From: Callorhinchus milii
Lineage: Eukaryota
NCBI RefSeq assembly: GCF_018977255.1
Contig: NW_024705458.1
Location: 1 to 42,869 of the forward strand
Length of the DNA: 42,869 nucleotides
Direction: 5' to 3'
Shown here: one piece after another, positions 13,298-24,541 of the stretch
Layout of the letters: the number at the start of each line of letters is the position of its first letter
Numbering within the stretch: the stretch's first letter is position 1
The notes under the pieces: model-generated
What the model saw: the letters and a program-made list of their open reading frames with translations, nothing else
The model's database searches: none
Told to the model about the DNA's origin: nothing
Position numbers and translations under genes: made by a program

Positions 13298-13955
13298 TGA
13301 TAGAATATAGTATTGTCATCAGTATGACGTACCTATGCCAAGTTTGCAGTCGATACGACATTGTGAAGACGGTTAAAAGTGAGTTTCAAGATTTGAGGAT
13401 ACAACAACAGACGGAGTGAGTGACATAAAAGCGTGTAAAATGTTTTAAAAATATGTTTTGGATGTTTTATGATAGAATATCGTGTTGTCATCAGTATGAC
13501 GTAGATATTTCAAGTTTGCAGTCGATAGCACATTGGGAAGTGGGTAAAATTATGAGTTGGAGAAGACGTTTTTTGGAGGATACAACAGACTGAGTTACAT
13601 AAAAGCGTGTAAAATGTTTAAAAATATGTTTTGGATGTTTTATGATAGAATATCGTGTTGTCATCAGTATGACGTAGGTATTTCAAGTTTGCAGTCGATA
13701 GCACTTTGGGAAGTGGGTAAAATTTGAGTTATTAGAGAAGATGTTTTTTGGAGGAGACAACAGACTGAGTTAGTTAAATAAAAGCGTGTAAAATGTTTTG
13801 GATGTTTTATGATAGAATATCGTGTTGTCAGTATGACGTAGGTATTTCAAGTTTGCAGTTGATAGCACTTTGGAAAGTGGGTAAAATTTGAGTTATTAGA
13901 GAAGATGTTTTTTGGAGGATACAACAGACTGAGTGAGTTAAATAAAAGCGTGTAA
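13298..13955. repeat. ~175-bp tandem repeat (4 copies), HINE/Helentron-like end
   Basis: Units run from TGATAGAATATCGTGTTGTCATCAGTATGACGTA to ATAAAAGCGTGTAAAA. The repeat is directly seen; the family assignment is inference. Confidence 0.7.
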
Positions 13956-14184
13956 TAAAATGAGGATGTCACTCCCAGTCTGTGTGCTTTTACATCGCAC
14001 GGGGCGGTGTTTGTGCAATGCGTTTAGTGAGTTTAATGTAATCATCACACCCACCCACCCATTTCATTGCATTATTTATTAACGAGCTTTAATATAATTT
14101 CTGCCTTTTGTTCAACCGTCTGAGGTCGCTGGGATTCATTGTATGTGTTAATGGAATTGATTTCAACTGTATCACGGATAGTCA

Positions 14185-14421
14185 TAATCTTTGGGTTTTT
14201 TCGGTAAAGTCACGTAGGTAAAAAATTCAAATTAATAAAAGTAAAATAAAATAAAAATCACGACGGTTCCACCTGAAGACGGAAGCTTGTGTTGCCTCTG
14301 AAACGTTGTGATTTTTATTTTATATTTTACTTTTATTAATTTTAATTTTTTACCTACGTGACTTTACCGAAAAAACCAAAGAATATTAATCCTTGCAGTC
14401 ACGAAAGCTTCAAATCTAGAA
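14185..14421 (+). mobile_element. PLE inverted pair with hammerhead (14270-14310) and 12-bp TSD
   Basis: TSD TGTATCACGGAT at 14168-14179 and 14422-14433. CAC-CTGAAGA-C-GGAAGC-TTGTGTT-GCCTCT-GAAA-CGTT-GTG, then tail GCAGTCACGAAAGCTTCAAATCT. Confidence 0.85.
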
Positions 14422-14616
14422 TGTATCACGGATCTTTGCGATTTATTTATCGCTTTATGACCTTTAACAATGAGGCCCCCATTGAGATACAGCACATTCA
14501 TGCAAATAATGAAATTTAAGTTTGACAACCTTGATGTATCACATCGTGATGTGAGTGAAAAGGAATCGCACCATTGTGTTTCACAATAGCTTCGTGTCTT
14601 TCTGTATGCTGAGCGT

Positions 14617-14735
14617 CTTTGGTCTTGGCCATGGTGGAGAGTTTGGAATCTGATTGATTGCTTCTGTGAACAGGTGTCTTTTATACAGGTAACAAGCTGA
14701 GATTAGGAGCACTCACTTTAAGAGTGTGCTCCTAG
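14617..14735 (-). mobile_element. Tc1-like transposon fragment (5' region and transposase start MAKTK)
   Basis: Minus strand ...CACCATGGCCAAGACCAAAG, preceded by ACCTGTATAAAAGACACCTG; resembles the 5' region of vertebrate Tc1 elements (recognised from memory). Confidence 0.6.
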
Positions 14736-15600
14736 GAGACGTGACATCATCGCACTGAACGGCACACCTGACGTCACGTCCCCATTTTACTCCTCTACAC
14801 AATGAAATTTGATTTAAGTCTGACAACATTGATGTATCACATCGTGATGTGAGTGAAAATAACACCATTGGGTTTCACAATAGCTTCATGTCTCTCTGTA
14901 TGCTGAGCGTCTTTCACACCGTACGTAGTCAACCACGCTAATCGCCATGTGTTAGGCTACTAAATACGGGTAAACTCGGGTTATCCGCGTCTCGTTTGGG
15001 GATTGTTGAGTTTATCCACTTCTAATTTGGGGAATGTGGCATTGCAACACCAAGCCCTGAAAAGAGACCACACATTTATTGTCACGCAGTGATGTCAGTG
15101 TACAAATTACTGCGAAAAAACACGGTGACAGAGGAGCAGTGGCAACACAAGCCAACAATCTTGTCAGAATTATTAAATTGTACATTTACATGCGATAACA
15201 AGTACATGTTCAAAACTTTGTGACGTATAGGGGTTGGAATTCAAGCATACTTTCAAGGTGACACTGCAACAATACACATGCTAACAGACGATACAATTGT
15301 TTAAAATGAAAACGTAATTGCAATACTCAAGCATGTTTTTACATTTCGAATTTGTCTCAGAGGAAACATTCTATATCGCGACGGAATCCACGCACACACA
15401 TTACTAGGAATTGAGTAAAATTGCTTTAGAATTATTACTTAGAGAACACAATCATCTCCACACTCGTGCTTAAATGTGGGAGTCACAGCCTTAGGGCTGA
15501 AAATAAGATTTCAGAGCTCACGGGAGTCAGGCCATTGTCTGAAAGGCACGGCCATTTTAGAGCCTCGGGGATTTTACCGCTGGGCCTAGGGGATTTTTTT

Positions 15601-15927
15601 CGAGTTAAAGCTTTCGTGACTGCAGGGATTCATCTTCTTGGTTCTTTCGGTAAAGTCACGTAGAAGGTAAGTAATACAATAATAAAACATAAAACAATTC
15701 TCACGACGTTTCGGCCACAACGCAAGCAGCCGTCCTCAGGTGAAAACCAGGTCTGTCGAGGCGACAGCATCACGTGTGGTGTTTCATTCAGACGCTGTCT
15801 CCCGACAGACCTGGTTTTCACCTGAGGACGGCTGCTTGCGTTGTGGCCGAAACGTCGTGAGAATTGTTTTATTTTTATTATTTTATTACTTCCCTTCTAC
15901 GTGACTTTACTGAAAGAACCAAGAAGA
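15601..15927 (-). mobile_element. PLE inverted pair with two intact hammerheads (15701-15743 minus; 15818-15860 plus) and 12-bp TSD
   Basis: TSD TAGGGGATTTTT at 15587-15598 and 15928-15939. TCAC-CTGAGGA-C-GGCTGC-TTGCGTT-GTGGCC-GAAA-CGTC-GTGA on both strands. Confidence 0.9.
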
Positions 15928-16190
15928 TAGGGGATTTTTGCGCGGTTTCTGCTCCGATGGCAACCAACGGTATCGGCCCCCGCTGAGGGTGATCCTACAT
16001 CACTCCCTGAGGGGGACCCTTCGCCGTCTCTCTGGGTTCGGCGCTGCCGTCAGCCCGACCGCGGAGCCTTCAACGGAACCCACCACCACCACCGCCGCCG
16101 CCGGCCCGGCGAAGATTGATCCCGCGTCGATCGCTGCGTCCCGGGGGCTCTGCGCCGTCAGCGGCGCCGGCTTTTCCAGTGGCCGTCGCC

Positions 16191-16468
16191 GGTACGTGTG
16201 GTAGTAGTGGTAGTTGTAGTACTACTACTAGTGGTACGTGTGGTAGTAGTGGTACGTGCGGTACTAGTGGTACGTGTGGTAGTAGTGGTACGTGCGGTAG
16301 TAGTGGTACGTGCGGTACTAGTGGTACGTGTGGTAGTAGTGGTACGTGTGGTACTAGTGGTACGTGTGGTAGTAGTGGTAGTTGTAGTACTACTACTACT
16401 AGTGGTACGTGTGGTAGTAGTGGTACGTGTGGTAGTAGTGGTACGTGTGGTAGTAGTTGTGTAGTGGT
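16191..16468. repeat. 18-bp minisatellite (GGTACGTG(T/C)GGTA(G/C)TAGT)n, left part
   Basis: Direct tandem repeat; it resumes at 17197. Confidence 0.95.
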
Positions 16469-17195
16469 GATACGCGCTGGGGTGGGGATCGTGTGCCAGC
16501 GCGTAGTGATTGGTTGTGTGTGTTGGTGACGCGTGCTGACGGTGGGGATCAGGGTCAGCGCGGGGTAGGGGGTTATGTGGTAGTGATTGGCTGTGTGCCG
16601 GTGACGCGCTTGAGAGGGAGTGATCGTGTGGCAGCGCGGCTTGATTGGTTGGGTAGTGGTAACGCACGCTGGGGAAAACGGATCGTAGGAACAGCGCGTC
16701 GTGATTGGTCAACTAAGGAGCGATGCTCACGCCGAGGTCCGCATGCGCTCCGTCTCCCGTGAGCGGGGACTATATAAGGGGATGCGCACAGGCGCACGGG
16801 AGCGAGTAACCAGCGAAGATTGAAGACGGGGGACGAAGAGATAGAGCCCTGCGGTACCTAGTCCCGCTGTCCTGTAGGGACCGGGACTCTGTGTGACCCA
16901 GCGGCGGAACCCTGGGACCCGGGGCCGAACGTCCGTGAGAGGGCCGGCTCGTGGGACTCAGAGGTTGTGGCCCAAGCCCAAGCTGGGGTGGGCCTGGAGG
17001 CTCCACGGACGTTACGGGGCAAGTGCAGTGTGTGTAGCCAGAGGAATAGAATCTACACGTGTCAAGTGAAGTGTGTGTAGCCAGAGAAATAGAATCTACA
17101 CGTGTCAAGTGAAGTGTGTGTAGCCAGAGAAATAGAGACCACACGTTGTATCGTGACAAGTCAAGATTTAATAAAAAGTGTGTTACCCGTCAAGG
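16469..17195 (+). mobile_element. Solo-LTR-like insertion inside the minisatellite
   Basis: Repeated GATTGG (CCAAT) boxes, TATATAA at ~16771 and AATAAA at ~17170, in U3-R-U5 order. It interrupts an otherwise continuous minisatellite. Exact termini are unclear. Confidence 0.55.
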
Positions 17196-17196
17196 A

Positions 17197-18338
17197 GTGG
17201 TACGTGTGGTACTAGTGGTACGTGTGGTACTAGTGGTACGTGTGGTAGTAGTGGTAGTAGTGGTACTACTACTAATGGTACGTGTGGTACTAGTGGTACG
17301 TGCGGTAGTAGTGGTACGTGCGGTAGTAGTGGTACGTGTGGTACTAGTGGTACGTGCGGTACTAGTGGTACGTGTGGTACTAGTGGTACGTGCGGTAGTG
17401 GTACGTGTGGTACTAGTGGTACGTGCGGTACTAGTGGTACGTGCGGTAGTGGTACGTGTGGTACTAGTGGTACGTGCGGTACTAGTGGTACGTGCGGTAG
17501 TGGTACGTGCGGTACTAGTGGTACGTGTGGTACTAGTGGTACGTGCGGTAGTGGTACGTGCGGTACTAGTGGTACGTGCGGTACTAGTGGTAGGTGTGGT
17601 ACTAGTGGTACGTGCGGTACTAGTGGTACGTGCGGTACTAGTGGTACGTGTGGTACTAGTGGTACGTGTGGTACTAGTGGTACGTGTGGTACTAGTGTGT
17701 GGTGTACGTGTGGTAGTAGTGGTACTAGTGGTACGTGCGGTACTAGTGGTACGTGCGGTACTAGTGGTACGTGCGGTAGTAGTGGTACGTGTGGTACTAG
17801 TGGTACGTGTGGTAGTAGTGGTACGTGTGGTAGTAGTAGTAGTGTAGTAGTAGTGTAGTAGTAGTGGTAGTGGTACGTGCGGTACTAGTGGTACGTGCGG
17901 TAGTAGTGGTACGTGTGGTAGTATTAGTGTATAGCTGTGTAGTCTATATTACTGTAGTGTATAGTGTAGTGTATAGTAGTGTAGTGTATAGTAGTGTATT
18001 GTTTAGTACTGTAGTGTATAGTTGTGTAGTGTAGTGTATAGTGTCATGTGTAGTATAGTGTAGTGTATAGTAGTGTACTGTATAGTAGTGTAGTGTATAG
18101 TGTAGTGTATAGTAGTGTAGTGTATAATAGTGTAGTGTATAGTGTATAGTAGTGTAGTGTATAATAGTGTAGTGTATAGTGTATAGTAGTGTAGTGTATA
18201 ATAGTGTAGTGTATAGTGTATAGTAGTGTAGTGTATAATAGTGTAGTGTATAGTGTATAGTAGTGTAGTGTATAATAGTGTAGTGTATAGTGTATAGTAG
18301 TGTAGTGTATAATAGTGTAGTGTATAGTAGTGTAGTGG
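17197..18338. repeat. 18-bp minisatellite continuing into a (TAGTG/TATAG)n simple repeat
   Basis: Directly visible. Confidence 0.95.
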
Positions 18339-18470
18339 TGGGAGGCTGATGCCAGGTGGTGGGGGGCTCAACGACACATCCACAACTCACGCGAGATCTG
18401 ACCCCCCAAAGAGAAGACCTTTATTTGTGAATAACTCGGCGTCAAACTCGCAACAGGAAACTTAGAAGGC

Positions 18471-18700
18471 GATTTGAAGCTTTCGTGGCTGCAGGGATTC
18501 ATCTTCTTGGTTCCGTCGGTAAAGTCACGTAGAAGGGAAGTAATAAAATAATAAAAATAAAACACAATATTGTATTTTGTTTTATTGTGTTTCATTTTTA
18601 TTATTTTATTACTTCCTTCTACGTGACTTTACCGAAAGAACCAAGAAAAGTAAAAATGTTATTCACACCTACGGGACTTTACCGAAAGAACCAAAGAGTA
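18471..18700. mobile_element. Truncated PLE inverted-pair remnant just 3' of the connexin stop codon
   Basis: GATTTGAAGCTTTCGTGGCTGCAGGGATTC tail plus inverted CTACGTGACTTTACCGAAAGAACCAAG ends; the hammerhead part is deleted. Confidence 0.75.
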
Positions 18701-18707
18701 ATGAAAC

Positions 18708-19158
18708 TTAAACTGAGATGGGTAGATATTTCTCCGATCGAACAGCCCTTCCCTTCCTAGAGGCAGCCTTGACCTCTTCTTGTTTTTCTCCGGAATCTTC
18801 CACTTCCTCTGCTGCTGCTGCCGCCGCCGCTTTGTATTTCTTTCCCGGCTGCACTTGGGGGCTTCTGCTCACGGCCACCGCGGCCGAGTGTGAGGCCGGA
18901 GACCCCCGCCGTGCTCCCTCTCCGCCTGCCCCACCTCTCCCTGTTCCGCTCTCCCCGTGTCCCCAGGCTGCCCTGGCCCGTCGGGGCGATTGGGAAATCG
19001 TCAGGTCCAGCCGCCGCTCTATCGCGCGCAGGTAGCCTTGCAGCTGCAACGCATCCGCCGCCGTTATCGCCATCCGCCGGGGGGCGGCGTCCTCCGTCTC
19101 GGCCGCGTCGGGAGGAGGAGGAGGGGGAGGAGGAGGAAGAGGATTGCCCTTCGCAATC
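18708..19158 (-). CDS. Gamma-type connexin (GJC1/Cx45-like), coding exon 3 (C-terminal tail)
   Basis: CAACAG|G phase-2 acceptor. It reads IAKGNPLPPPPPPPPPDAAETED...DALQLQGYLRAIERRLDLTISQ..LPISV*, resembling the Cx45 C-terminal ALQREIRMAQERLDLA segment. The spliced CDS is 1179 nt and in frame. Confidence 0.75.
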
Positions 19159-19233
19159 CTGTTGATGACAACAACAACAACAACAGCGCGTTTTTAAATG
19201 CTCACCGTTAGTGTTGGCAAAGTGTATGCACAC

Positions 19234-19710
19234 CAGAGGTCGCAAACGGGTTTTGATTCCTTACCCGGACTCGTACCCGGCCACACCAGGGTCGCAAATG
19301 GGTACCCGTACCCGGCCGGGTACAGGTAGCCGTTCCCTACCTGTACCCATACCCTACCCGAAATGAGTGACAAACGCTTACTCACCGGTGACTCACGGCC
19401 TACCTGTACCCGGCCGCACCAGGGTCGCAAACGGCTACCCGTACCCGTACCCGGCCGGGTACGGGTAGCCGGGTATCGGGTAGGGTACGGGTATCGGGTA
19501 CCCGGTTGCGAGTAACCGTTTGTCACTCATTTCCCAACGTCTTGTCTCTTCTCACAATTCAAGTTCCTAGATCAACCCACCCGCGCCTGCAACATGGCTT
19601 CATCCCAGAGGTCGCAATCGGGTACCCGTACCCTACCCGATACCCGGCCGGGTACGGGTAGCCGGGTATCGGGTAGGGTACGGGTATCGGGTACCCGGCT
19701 GCGACCTCTG
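19234..19710. mobile_element. MITE-like element with CAGAGGTCGCA...TGCGACCTCTG termini and internal (TACCCG)n repeats, composite
   Basis: Terminal inverted repeats at 19234 and 19710, a second left end at ~19606, and dense GTACCCG/CGGGTA motifs. No TSD found. Confidence 0.6.
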
Positions 19711-19946
19711 ACGTGTCGGCAGCGACGACGCACGTCCAGTTTCAAGTGCCGCATGAAAGAATCCGAGTGACAGCGGAGGGAGTTAGTGACATGGGTTAGC
19801 AGCCGTAGCAGTTGTAGAACATCACCACTGAAGGCCTGTGCAACAGAAGGGCCTAAGGCCTACAATAAACCTCAATCCGGCCCCAATGCGGCCGGTGAAA
19901 TGCCGCCAATGTAACAAACAAACAACAAAAACGCTGTAAATACCGT

Positions 19947-20497
19947 ATAGTAGGTTTTTACCCTTTAGACTGGTACAAAACTGACACCTTTATACAAGGC
20001 ATCATGTTTGCAATAACCACAACACAAGTAGTCAAAATGCAAACAAAAATAAACAACTCTGATGATAATAATAATAATATGCACTGTCCTTGAAGTTGTC
20101 TCGGGTGTGGACCAAACAACTTCAAGGACAGTGCATATTGTTATCATTATCAGAGTTGTTTCTTTTTGTTTGCATTTTGACTACTTGTGTTGTGGTTATT
20201 GCAAACATGATGCCTTGTATAAAGGTGTCCGTTTTTGTACCAGTTTAAAGGGTAAAAACCTACTACTATATTTTGCCACTGGTAAAGTTGATGTCTCATA
20301 GTGTATGATGCCTTGTATAAAGGTGTCAGTTTTTGTACCAGTTTAAAGGGTAAAACCTACTACTATATTTTGCCACTGCTAAAGGAGATGTCTCATAGTG
20401 TATGATGCCTTGTATAAAGGTGTCAGTTTTTGTACCAGTTTAAAGGGTAAAAACCTACTACTATATTTTGCCACTGCTAAAGGAGATGTCTCATAGT
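19947..20497 (+). mobile_element. Family-2 PLE-like insertion in connexin intron 2, 14-bp TSD
   Basis: TSD GCTGTAAATACCGT at 19933-19946 and 20498-20511. An inverted partial copy, a forward copy, and the 3' end with tail ATATTTTGCCACTGGTAAAGGAGATGTCTCATAGT repeated three times in tandem. Confidence 0.85.
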
Positions 20498-20508
20498 GCT
20501 GTAAATAC

Positions 20509-20934
20509 CGTTGCCGGCGCTTGGCTCGGCTGCCCGGCAGCACGTCCCTGAGAGCGCCCATCCCCAGGTGCCACATCTCGGCCAGGTCGAGAGCCAGGCT
20601 GAGGCAGCCCACGGCGTACATGACGTGCAGGAAGACGGTCTTCTCCGTGGGCCTCGACACGAAGCAGTCGACGAAGTGGACGCAGGGGTAGCGGCGGGGG
20701 CACACAAAGCGGGGGATCACCTCCAAGCCGTACATCACGTACTGGCCCAGAAGGAAGCCCGCTTCGGCCACCGTGCGCAGGACGAGCTGCAGCGCGTAGG
20801 CCCACATGAGGCCGTCGGCCCTGATGGCGCGACGCCCGTCGTGCCGTCTGTAGTCGTTCTTCTTGACCTCGCCGCCGCCGGCGCCGGTTTCGTCGGCAAA
20901 CTCCCCTTCTTGGTCGCCCCGCGAGCTTTCTGAC
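20509..20934 (-). CDS. Gamma-type connexin (GJC1/Cx45-like), coding exon 2 (loop, TM3, EL2, TM4)
   Basis: [19 protein letters not shown]...[26 protein letters not shown] is the connexin second extracellular Cys signature. CCGCAG|G acceptor and CG|GTATTT donor, both phase 2. Confidence 0.93.
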
Positions 20935-21068
20935 CTGCGGATAACGACGCGGGAGTCAAAGTAAAAAATCTCCTTCTCGCAAGAACAAAGAGTAGAATGA
21001 AGGTTTTTTTTGGGGGACTTCGCCGTTATTATCACGGTTATCGTCGTCGTAGTAACTTTACTAGGCCT

Positions 21069-21499
21069 AGTAGTAGGTTTTTACCCTTTCAACTGGTACA
21101 AAAACTGACACCTTTATACAAGGCATCATGTTTGCAATAACCACAACACAAGTAGTCAAAATGCAAACAAAAAGAAACAACTCTGATAATGATAATAATA
21201 TGCACTGTCCTTGAAGTTGATTGGTCCAAACCCGAGACGGCTTTCTTTAGAGCCTAGTCCCCATTGGTGTTGGACCAGATGACACCAAAAGGCGTACAAC
21301 TCAAAATGATGCCTTGTATAAAGGTGTGTCAGTTTTTGTACCAGTTGAAAGGGTAAAAACCTACTACTATATTTTGCCACTGGTAAAGGAGATGTCTCAT
21401 AGTGTATGATGCCTTGTATAAAGGTGTCAGTTTGTACCAGTTTAAAGGGTAAAAACCTACTACTATATTTTGCCACTGGTAAAGGAGATGTCTCATAGT
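21069..21499 (+). mobile_element. Family-2 PLE-like insertion in connexin intron 1, 17-bp TSD
   Basis: TSD GTAACTTTACTAGGCCT (21052-21068) / GTAACTTCACTAGACCT (21500-21516), with the same ends and tail as the intron-2 copy. Confidence 0.85.
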
Positions 21500-21514
21500 G
21501 TAACTTCACTAGAC

Positions 21515-21816
21515 CTCTGTATCCTGTGTATGGCGAAGGCGAGGTAGAGAATGCTTGGCATCGCCACGGTGATAATCTGAAAGATCCAGAAGCGCACGTA
21601 GGACAGGGGAGCAAAGGTGTCGTAGCACATGTTCGTGCAGCCCGGCTGTTGGGAGTTGCACATGAACGAGCTCTGCTCGTCGTGGTAGATTGACTCTCCC
21701 GCCACGATCGTCAGCATGATGCGCAAGATCAGGAACGTGGTGAGCCACAGCTTGCCCAGGTACGTCGAGTGCAGAGATATCTCCTCCAACAAACTCGTCA
21801 GGAAGTTCCAGCTCAT
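21515..21816 (-). CDS. Gamma-type connexin (GJC1/Cx45-like), coding exon 1 (N-term, TM1, EL1, TM2)
   Basis: [26 protein letters not shown]...[38 protein letters not shown] closely follows Cx45 (MSWSFLTRLLEEIHNHST...). Upstream acceptor TTCTCAG before 21848; donor AG|GTCTAG, phase 2. Confidence 0.95.
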
Positions 21817-21969
21817 TGTGACCACCGGCTCGCCAGAAGCGTGCCCACCTGAGAATTCAAGAAGAGAGACGCGGATTTAGAGGGCACGTCGGCTGGCCGC
21901 GCGCCGCGTTGAGCTCTTCTGTTGCCTCGGGATACCCACAGATGTCCAGTAGGGGGCATGGGGTAATCT

Positions 21970-22232
21970 TAATTTGGAGCTTTCGTGACTGCAGGAATAA
22001 CTCTTTGGTTCTTTCGGTAAAGTCACGTATAAAGATAAAATAATAAATTAAATACTAGCATACGACGTTTCGATTGCAACACAAGCAATCGTCATCAGGT
22101 ATAAATGAAATAGAAACACAAATCTAGTATACTTAGAAATGTAATGTAATACAACAGAGAGTCGGATAACATAACAGTCAACACCCTACCTGGTTGATTA
22201 CATTCTTCCTGAGAATGCTAAATTTGAGAGAT
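21970..22232 (-). mobile_element. PLE copy with intact hammerhead (22060-22102)
   Basis: Near-identical to 8704-8940. Minus strand ATAC-CTGATGA-C-GATTGC-TTGTGTT-GCAATC-GAAA-CGTC-GTAT, followed by the tail. Confidence 0.85.
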
Positions 22233-23245
22233 AAAACACAGAACCAGAAACATATAGACAGACATATAAGCAGATAGATATCACAGAGATACATAGAGAG
22301 AGACAACACAGAGACACACAGAGACACACACAGAGAGACACACAACATAGACACACAGACAGACATATAAGCAGAGACAGATATCACAGAGATACATAGA
22401 GAGAGACAACACAGAGACACACAGAGACACACACAGAGAGAGACACACAACATAGACACACAGACAGACATATAAGCAGAGACAGATATCACAGAGATAC
22501 ATAGAGAGAGAGACAACACAGAGACACACAGAGACACACACAGAGAGAGACACACAACATAGACACACAGACAGACATATAAGCAGAGACAGATATCACA
22601 GAGATACATAGAGAGAGACAACACAGAGACACACAGAGACACACACAGAGAGAGACACACAACATAGACACACAGACAGACATATAAGCAGACAGACATC
22701 ACAGAGATACACAGCGAGAGACAACACAGAGACACACAGAGAGACACACAACATAGACACACAGACAGACATATAAGCAGACAGATATCACAGAGATACA
22801 CAGAGAGAGACACACAGAGACACATAGTGAGAGACACACAACATAGACACACAGACAGACATATAAGCAGATAGATATCACAGAGATACATAGAGACAAC
22901 ACAGAGACACACACAGAGAGAGACACACAACATAGACACACAGACAGACATATAAGCAGATAGATATCACAGAGATACATAGAGACAACACAGAGACACA
23001 CACAGAGAGAGACACACAACATAGACACACAGACAGACATATAAGCAGATAGATATCACAGAGATACATAGAGACACACACAGAGAGAGACACACAACAT
23101 AGACACACAGACAGACATATAAGCAGATAGATATCACAGAGATACATAGAGACACACACAGAGAGAGACACACAACATAGATACACAGACAGACATATAA
23201 GCAGATAGATATCACAGAGATACATAGAGAGAGAACACACATACG
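22233..23245. repeat. GA/CA-rich minisatellite with a conserved ACAGACAGACATATAAGCAGA motif
   Basis: Tandem units of ~80-110 bp. Confidence 0.9.
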
Positions 23246-23645
23246 CACACAGTGGAAGCCACGTCTCTGTGTCGAGGTTGGGGTAAGAGGGTTACAACAA
23301 CACACTACACACAGTTTAACACGCAGCAGGCTTTCGCGACCAATTAAATTCATAATCAACGTGTTTGGGTTTAGATCGCCGCGTTATTTATAAATGTGTC
23401 ATAACCCTCCACCACACCCGACACGGCCAATCAGCAAAAAGTGTCACGTTGACAAAAGACAAAATAGTTCACTACTTTAGCCCCACAACGGTGTGTTGTT
23501 GAAGAGTGAAACCACAACATTTACAATTTGTTTTATTTAAGACCAGGAGCCAGAGCAGAGCCTCACCATTCTGACAAACTGCCGATGATGCTGGATGCAG
23601 TTACCAGCGGAATGTCACAGTATTCAACAAATGTAAATGTTGTGG

Positions 23646-24008
23646 TATAGTGTATAGTAGTGTAGTGTGTAGTATATATAAGTGTATAGTAGTGTAGTGT
23701 ATAGCTTTGTAGTGTATAGTATAGTGTATTGTATAGTAGTGTACTGTATAGTATAGTAGATATAAGTGTTTAGTGTATTATATAGTAGTGGAGTGTAAGT
23801 AGTGTAGTGTACATTACTATAGTGTATAGCAGTGTATAGTAGTGTATACCAGTGTAGTGTATTGTATCGTGCAGTGTATAGTAGTGTACTGTATAGTACA
23901 GTGTAGTATATATGTGTGTATAGTGTAGTATATAGAAGTGTATTGTATAGTGGAGTGTCCAGTAGTATAGCATATAGTTGTGTATAGTGTAGTACGTAGT
24001 GTAGTACT
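23646..24008. repeat. (TAGTG/TATAG)n simple repeat
   Basis: Directly visible. Confidence 0.9.
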
Positions 24009-24012
24009 GCAC

Positions 24013-24541
24013 ATCCTGTACACCAGGCGAGGTAGTTAACATTTGCCAGCCACCGTGATGATTATGGTGTAACCCACGACCTCCTGTATACCAGGCGAGG
24101 TAGTCAACATTTTCCAGCCACCGTGATGATGATGGTGTAACCCACGACCTCCTGTATACCAGGCGACGTAGTTAACATTTCCCAGCCACCGTGATGATGA
24201 TGGTGGTGGTGTAACCCACGACCTCCTGTATACCAGGTGAGGTAGTTAACATTTCCCAGCCACCGTGATGATGATGGTGGTGTAACCCACGACCTCCTGT
24301 ATACCAGGCGAGGTAGTTAACATTTCCCAGCCACCGTGATGATGATGTGTGGTGGTGTAACCCACGACCTCCTGTATACCAGGCGAGGTAGTTAACATTC
24401 CCAGCCACCGTGATGATGATTACGGTGTAACCCACGTCCTCCTGTATACCAGGCGAGGTAGTTAACATTTCCCAGCCACCGTGATGATGATTACAGTGTA
24501 ACCCATGACCTCCTGTACACCAGGCGAGTAGTTAACATCTC
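24013..24541 (-). repeat. ~62-70-bp tandem array (9 cores) sharing the tRNA-derived core
   Basis: AACCCACGACCTCCTGTATACCAGGCGAGGTAGTTAACAT plus TTCCCAGCCACCGTGATGATGATGGTGT. Confidence 0.92.

Noticed and set aside
14508..14913. ~110-bp direct repeats as LTRs of a tiny element
   Set aside because: No TG..CA ends, PBS or PPT; better explained as a local duplication around a Tc1 fragment.
19200..19240. Extra small connexin exon using the ACG|GTGAGC donor near 19205
   Set aside because: The required phase contains a stop codon and the resulting intron would be under 50 nt; direct exon 2 to exon 3 splicing is already in frame.
20207..20260. SECIS-like element in family 2 (ATGA-N10-AAA...)
   Set aside because: The 3' GA of the non-Watson-Crick quartet is missing, and an alternative pair of hairpins is better supported across both subfamilies.
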